Source: an uncultured Bacteroides sp.
GTDB lineage: Bacteria; Bacteroidota; Bacteroidia; Bacteroidales; Muribaculaceae
DNA length: 64,000 nt
Assembly (NCBI GenBank): GCA_964508865.1
Contig: CAZDVP010000001.1
Span: 626 to 64,625 of the forward strand
Direction of reading: 5' to 3'
Shown here: positions 61,964-64,000 of the stretch, one piece after another
How positions within the stretch are numbered: position 1 is the stretch's first letter
How the letters are laid out: the number at the start of each line of letters is the position of its first letter
The notes under the pieces: model-generated
What the model was told of the DNA's origin: nothing
The model's input: only the letters and a program-made list of their open reading frames with translations
The model's database searches: none
Position numbers and translations under genes: made by a program

Positions 61964-63431
61964 TCAATACATTATCGGAATGTCTGAGTTTCTGATTTCA
62001 TACGGGCGGCATACTCCGTATCATAATGTCAATATGGTTAGGAGTTACGAAGATGCAATGCCGCAAACACAAACAGCTGGGAACCATTGGTCGAGTAGCG
62101 AGAACAGTAGCAACAACTCCTGGAACGTGAATTTCGGAACTGGTAACACGAACAACAACAACAACAAGTATAACAACTATACGGTTCGTCCCTCTGTAGC
62201 ACATGAGTCAGATGAGTGGATAGCTCTCAGGGAAACCCTGCAAATTGCTTTTAAGGATTGCTGTAGAGGAAAAACAAGCAGCAAGCAATGCCAGGAATAT
62301 ATCCCTATTGCCGATGAGGACTTGGATGCTTTAACAACAGAACTACTTGAAAGGCGATATAAGCCGGACACATCTACTTGTTTTCTTGTCAAGTTTCCCA
62401 AATTACGAGAAGTCTTTGCCGCTGCTTTTCGTGATCGCATTATCCATCATTGGCTTTGCCTCAGATTAGAACCACTATTTGAACGTCTTTGCCGTCAACA
62501 AGGTAATGTGACACATAATTGCCGGAAAGGGTATGGCACTAAGACCGCTGTTGAGCAAGCTGCCAAAGGGATTAAAAAAGTCACTGGAAATTATCATAAG
62601 GAAGGCTGGATTTTCAAGGGTGATTTGGTCGGTTTCTTTATGTCGATCGACCAATATAAGATGTGTAAACGGTTATTGAAATTTGCCGAGACACATTATA
62701 ATGGCGATTTTAAGGAGTTACTATTGTGGCTTCTTGAAGTAGTAGTGATGCACCGGCCCGAAAAGAATTGCCTTCTCAATTCCGACCCTCGTGATTTCAT
62801 CTTTCTCCAGGCTAATAAATCTCTTCATCGTTGCGCTCCCGGAAAAGGTATGCCAATTGGAAACTTGACCACACAGTTATTCGCTAATTTCTATATGGCG
62901 GAATTTGATGGGTTTGTCGTAAAGTGCCTCAGAGCCTATCAGCGTAAGAATCGTGGTTTCAAATGGTCATACACCAGGTTTGTGGATGATTACATTATTA
63001 CTTGCAATGATAAAAAGTTCCTGTTGTGGTTTATTGAGCAGTGTGCCGCTAAACTTAACGAGATGGGCTTGAAACAGCACAAGAATAAACGGTATATCCA
63101 ACCTGCTAATCATGGAGTTATGTTTGTCGGGAAATATATACACAACGGAAGAATTTATTTGAGCAACAGAACACTTTCGAGGTTTAGAGAGAAAGTTCAT
63201 GGATATACCTTGTACCTCCAGAAACCTGAAGAAGAGATTACCTTTATGGAGTTGGATCATATTCGAGCCACCATCAACTCATATTTGGGTTTTTGTAAAG
63301 GTTGTCAGACATACAAATTTCGTAGGGAGATTCTCCGTGAGTTCTTTCTAAAATGCGAGAAATATTTTTACCATGATAAAAACTGGTCTAAAATCAAACT
63401 GAGAAGAAAATACACCACTATTTGTAAATAA
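61947..63431 (+). CDS. DGR reverse transcriptase (ORF includes the TR in its 5' part)
   Basis: Contains FPKLREVFAAAFRDRIIHHWL, GDLVGFFMSID, PIGNLTTQLFANFY (the DGR signature IGxxxSQ-like motif) and YTRFVDDYII. There is no in-frame ATG, GTG or TTG between the TR end and the conserved RT N-terminus. Confidence 0.85.
   Translation: MLAINNQYIIGMSEFLISYGRHTPYHNVNMVRSYEDAMPQTQTAGNHWSSSENSSNNSWNVNFGTGNTNNNNNKYNNYTVRPSVAHESDEWIALRETLQIAFKDCCRGKTSSKQCQEYIPIADEDLDALTTELLERRYKPDTSTCFLVKFPKLREVFAAAFRDRIIHHWLCLRLEPLFERLCRQQGNVTHNCRKGYGTKTAVEQAAKGIKKVTGNYHKEGWIFKGDLVGFFMSIDQYKMCKRLLKFAETHYNGDFKELLLWLLEVVVMHRPEKNCLLNSDPRDFIFLQANKSLHRCAPGKGMPIGNLTTQLFANFYMAEFDGFVVKCLRAYQRKNRGFKWSYTRFVDDYIITCNDKKFLLWFIEQCAAKLNEMGLKQHKNKRYIQPANHGVMFVGKYIHNGRIYLSNRTLSRFREKVHGYTLYLQKPEEEITFMELDHIRATINSYLGFCKGCQTYKFRREILREFFLKCEKYFYHDKNWSKIKLRRKYTTICK
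62070..62201 (+). repeat. DGR template repeat (TR)
   Basis: In the frame matching the VRs it carries 13 AAC codons and 1 AAT codon. It is the donor sequence for both VR1 and VR2. Confidence 0.9.
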
Positions 63432-63444
63432 AGGAACTACTGTA

Positions 63445-64000
63445 ATGATAACAAATCTCCATATCATAAAACCCGATACTATACAAATCGGAACAAACCG
63501 AAAGGGCCGTCGTATTGCCTTCATCAATTTCAATCCGCAGCAACTTTCTGATGAAGAGCGGCAAAATGGATTTGAATGGAAAGCCTCCGGGAATAGATAT
63601 GTCCTCGATGATTTTTCTGTTAAAAGTTTGATGTCAGTGATGGAGCCAGACTTGCTTTTGGAGGCATCAGAAGAGGAAATTGTGGCAGTAATTAGTGCTT
63701 TTAATGAGCAAGATATGGTAGATACCTGGAAATTGGTACGCAAGGCTCAAATCATGGCTTACGATTCCAGTAGTTCTGTCAACCTGTTTTTCCTGAATGG
63801 AGAAGGTATGTGGCTTGACAAGGCTACTCGCGTAGGCTTAACCAATTCTATACAAGTTGAGAAAAATTTTGGCCGTAAAATAACGACGCTATGGTACAAC
63901 TACGGCCAGTTCCAATTACCTGTTGATACAGCACTCGGACTGCTTGCTCAGTTGGAAATCTATGCTCTGGATTGCTATAATGTGACGGCTAAACATCTTG
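63445..64000 (+). CDS. hypothetical protein (5' part; runs off right edge)
   Basis: ATG at 63445. Hand translation gives MITNLHIIKPDTIQIGTNRKGRRIAF...LEIYALDCYNVTAKHL with no stop before 64000. Confidence 0.5.
   Translation, partial: MITNLHIIKPDTIQIGTNRKGRRIAFINFNPQQLSDEERQNGFEWKASGNRYVLDDFSVKSLMSVMEPDLLLEASEEEIVAVISAFNEQDMVDTWKLVRKAQIMAYDSSSSVNLFFLNGEGMWLDKATRVGLTNSIQVEKNFGRKITTLWYNYGQFQLPVDTALGLLAQLEIYALDCYNVTAKHL

Noticed and set aside
1-64000. Alternative genetic code or stop-codon recoding, as seen in some gut phages
   Set aside because: Long uninterrupted ORFs (up to 2200 aa) are present in the standard code on both gene blocks. The genes are not fragmented, and in-frame TAG or TGA codons are not enriched.

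Overview
This window is a segment of a tailed dsDNA phage or prophage, and its promoters look Bacteroidota-type (repeated TAnnTTTG -7 boxes). All protein calls rest on motif recognition and gene order, because I ran no database search.

Layout:
- 1-33.3 kb is almost entirely minus-strand early, replication and accessory genes. These include an RNase H-like protein, a MutS-domain-I-only protein, an XRE-type repressor with a divergent promoter and operator, NAD-dependent DNA ligase, dUTPase, a 195-aa tyrosine recombinase, a wHTH initiator-like protein carrying an internal palindrome array, an FNT-like membrane protein, and many ORFans.
- 33.5-64 kb is a plus-strand Mu-like head and contractile-tail module. 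It contains a portal, a Mu-F-like protein, a ClpP-type protease/scaffold, the major capsid protein, sheath, tube, a chaperone with a -1 frameshift site, a 1383-aa tape measure, baseplate proteins and a 2200-aa fibre.

Main signals:
1. A diversity-generating retroelement (DGR; Avd, TR and RT at 61.4-63.4 kb). Its 132-nt template repeat matches two variable repeats with adenine-only differences. VR1 is at the 3' end of the giant fibre gene. VR2 is about 50 kb away on the opposite strand, in a 227-aa gene. Each VR is followed by a GC-rich hairpin with a TTTT loop.
2. A second reverse transcriptase (9402..10721) that is not DGR-type. It sits in a DGR-like cassette position next to VR2 and has no template repeat of its own.
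3. Two unusually long ORF-free tracts (6.29-6.86 kb and 8.56-9.40 kb), immediately downstream of that RT and bracketing two ORFan genes. They hold a family of eight hairpin or three-way-junction modules (57-95 nt), most preceded by a promoter-like box. The modules share boundary motifs, and their G.U pairs fit the plus strand only.
4. A GC-rich tract (20.3-22.0 kb) with two tRNA-like acceptor/T-arm mimics, one with an encoded CCA, and about 0.75 kb of ORF-free, promoter-driven sequence.
5. Iteron and operator arrays around 22.0-22.5 kb and inside the initiator-like gene.
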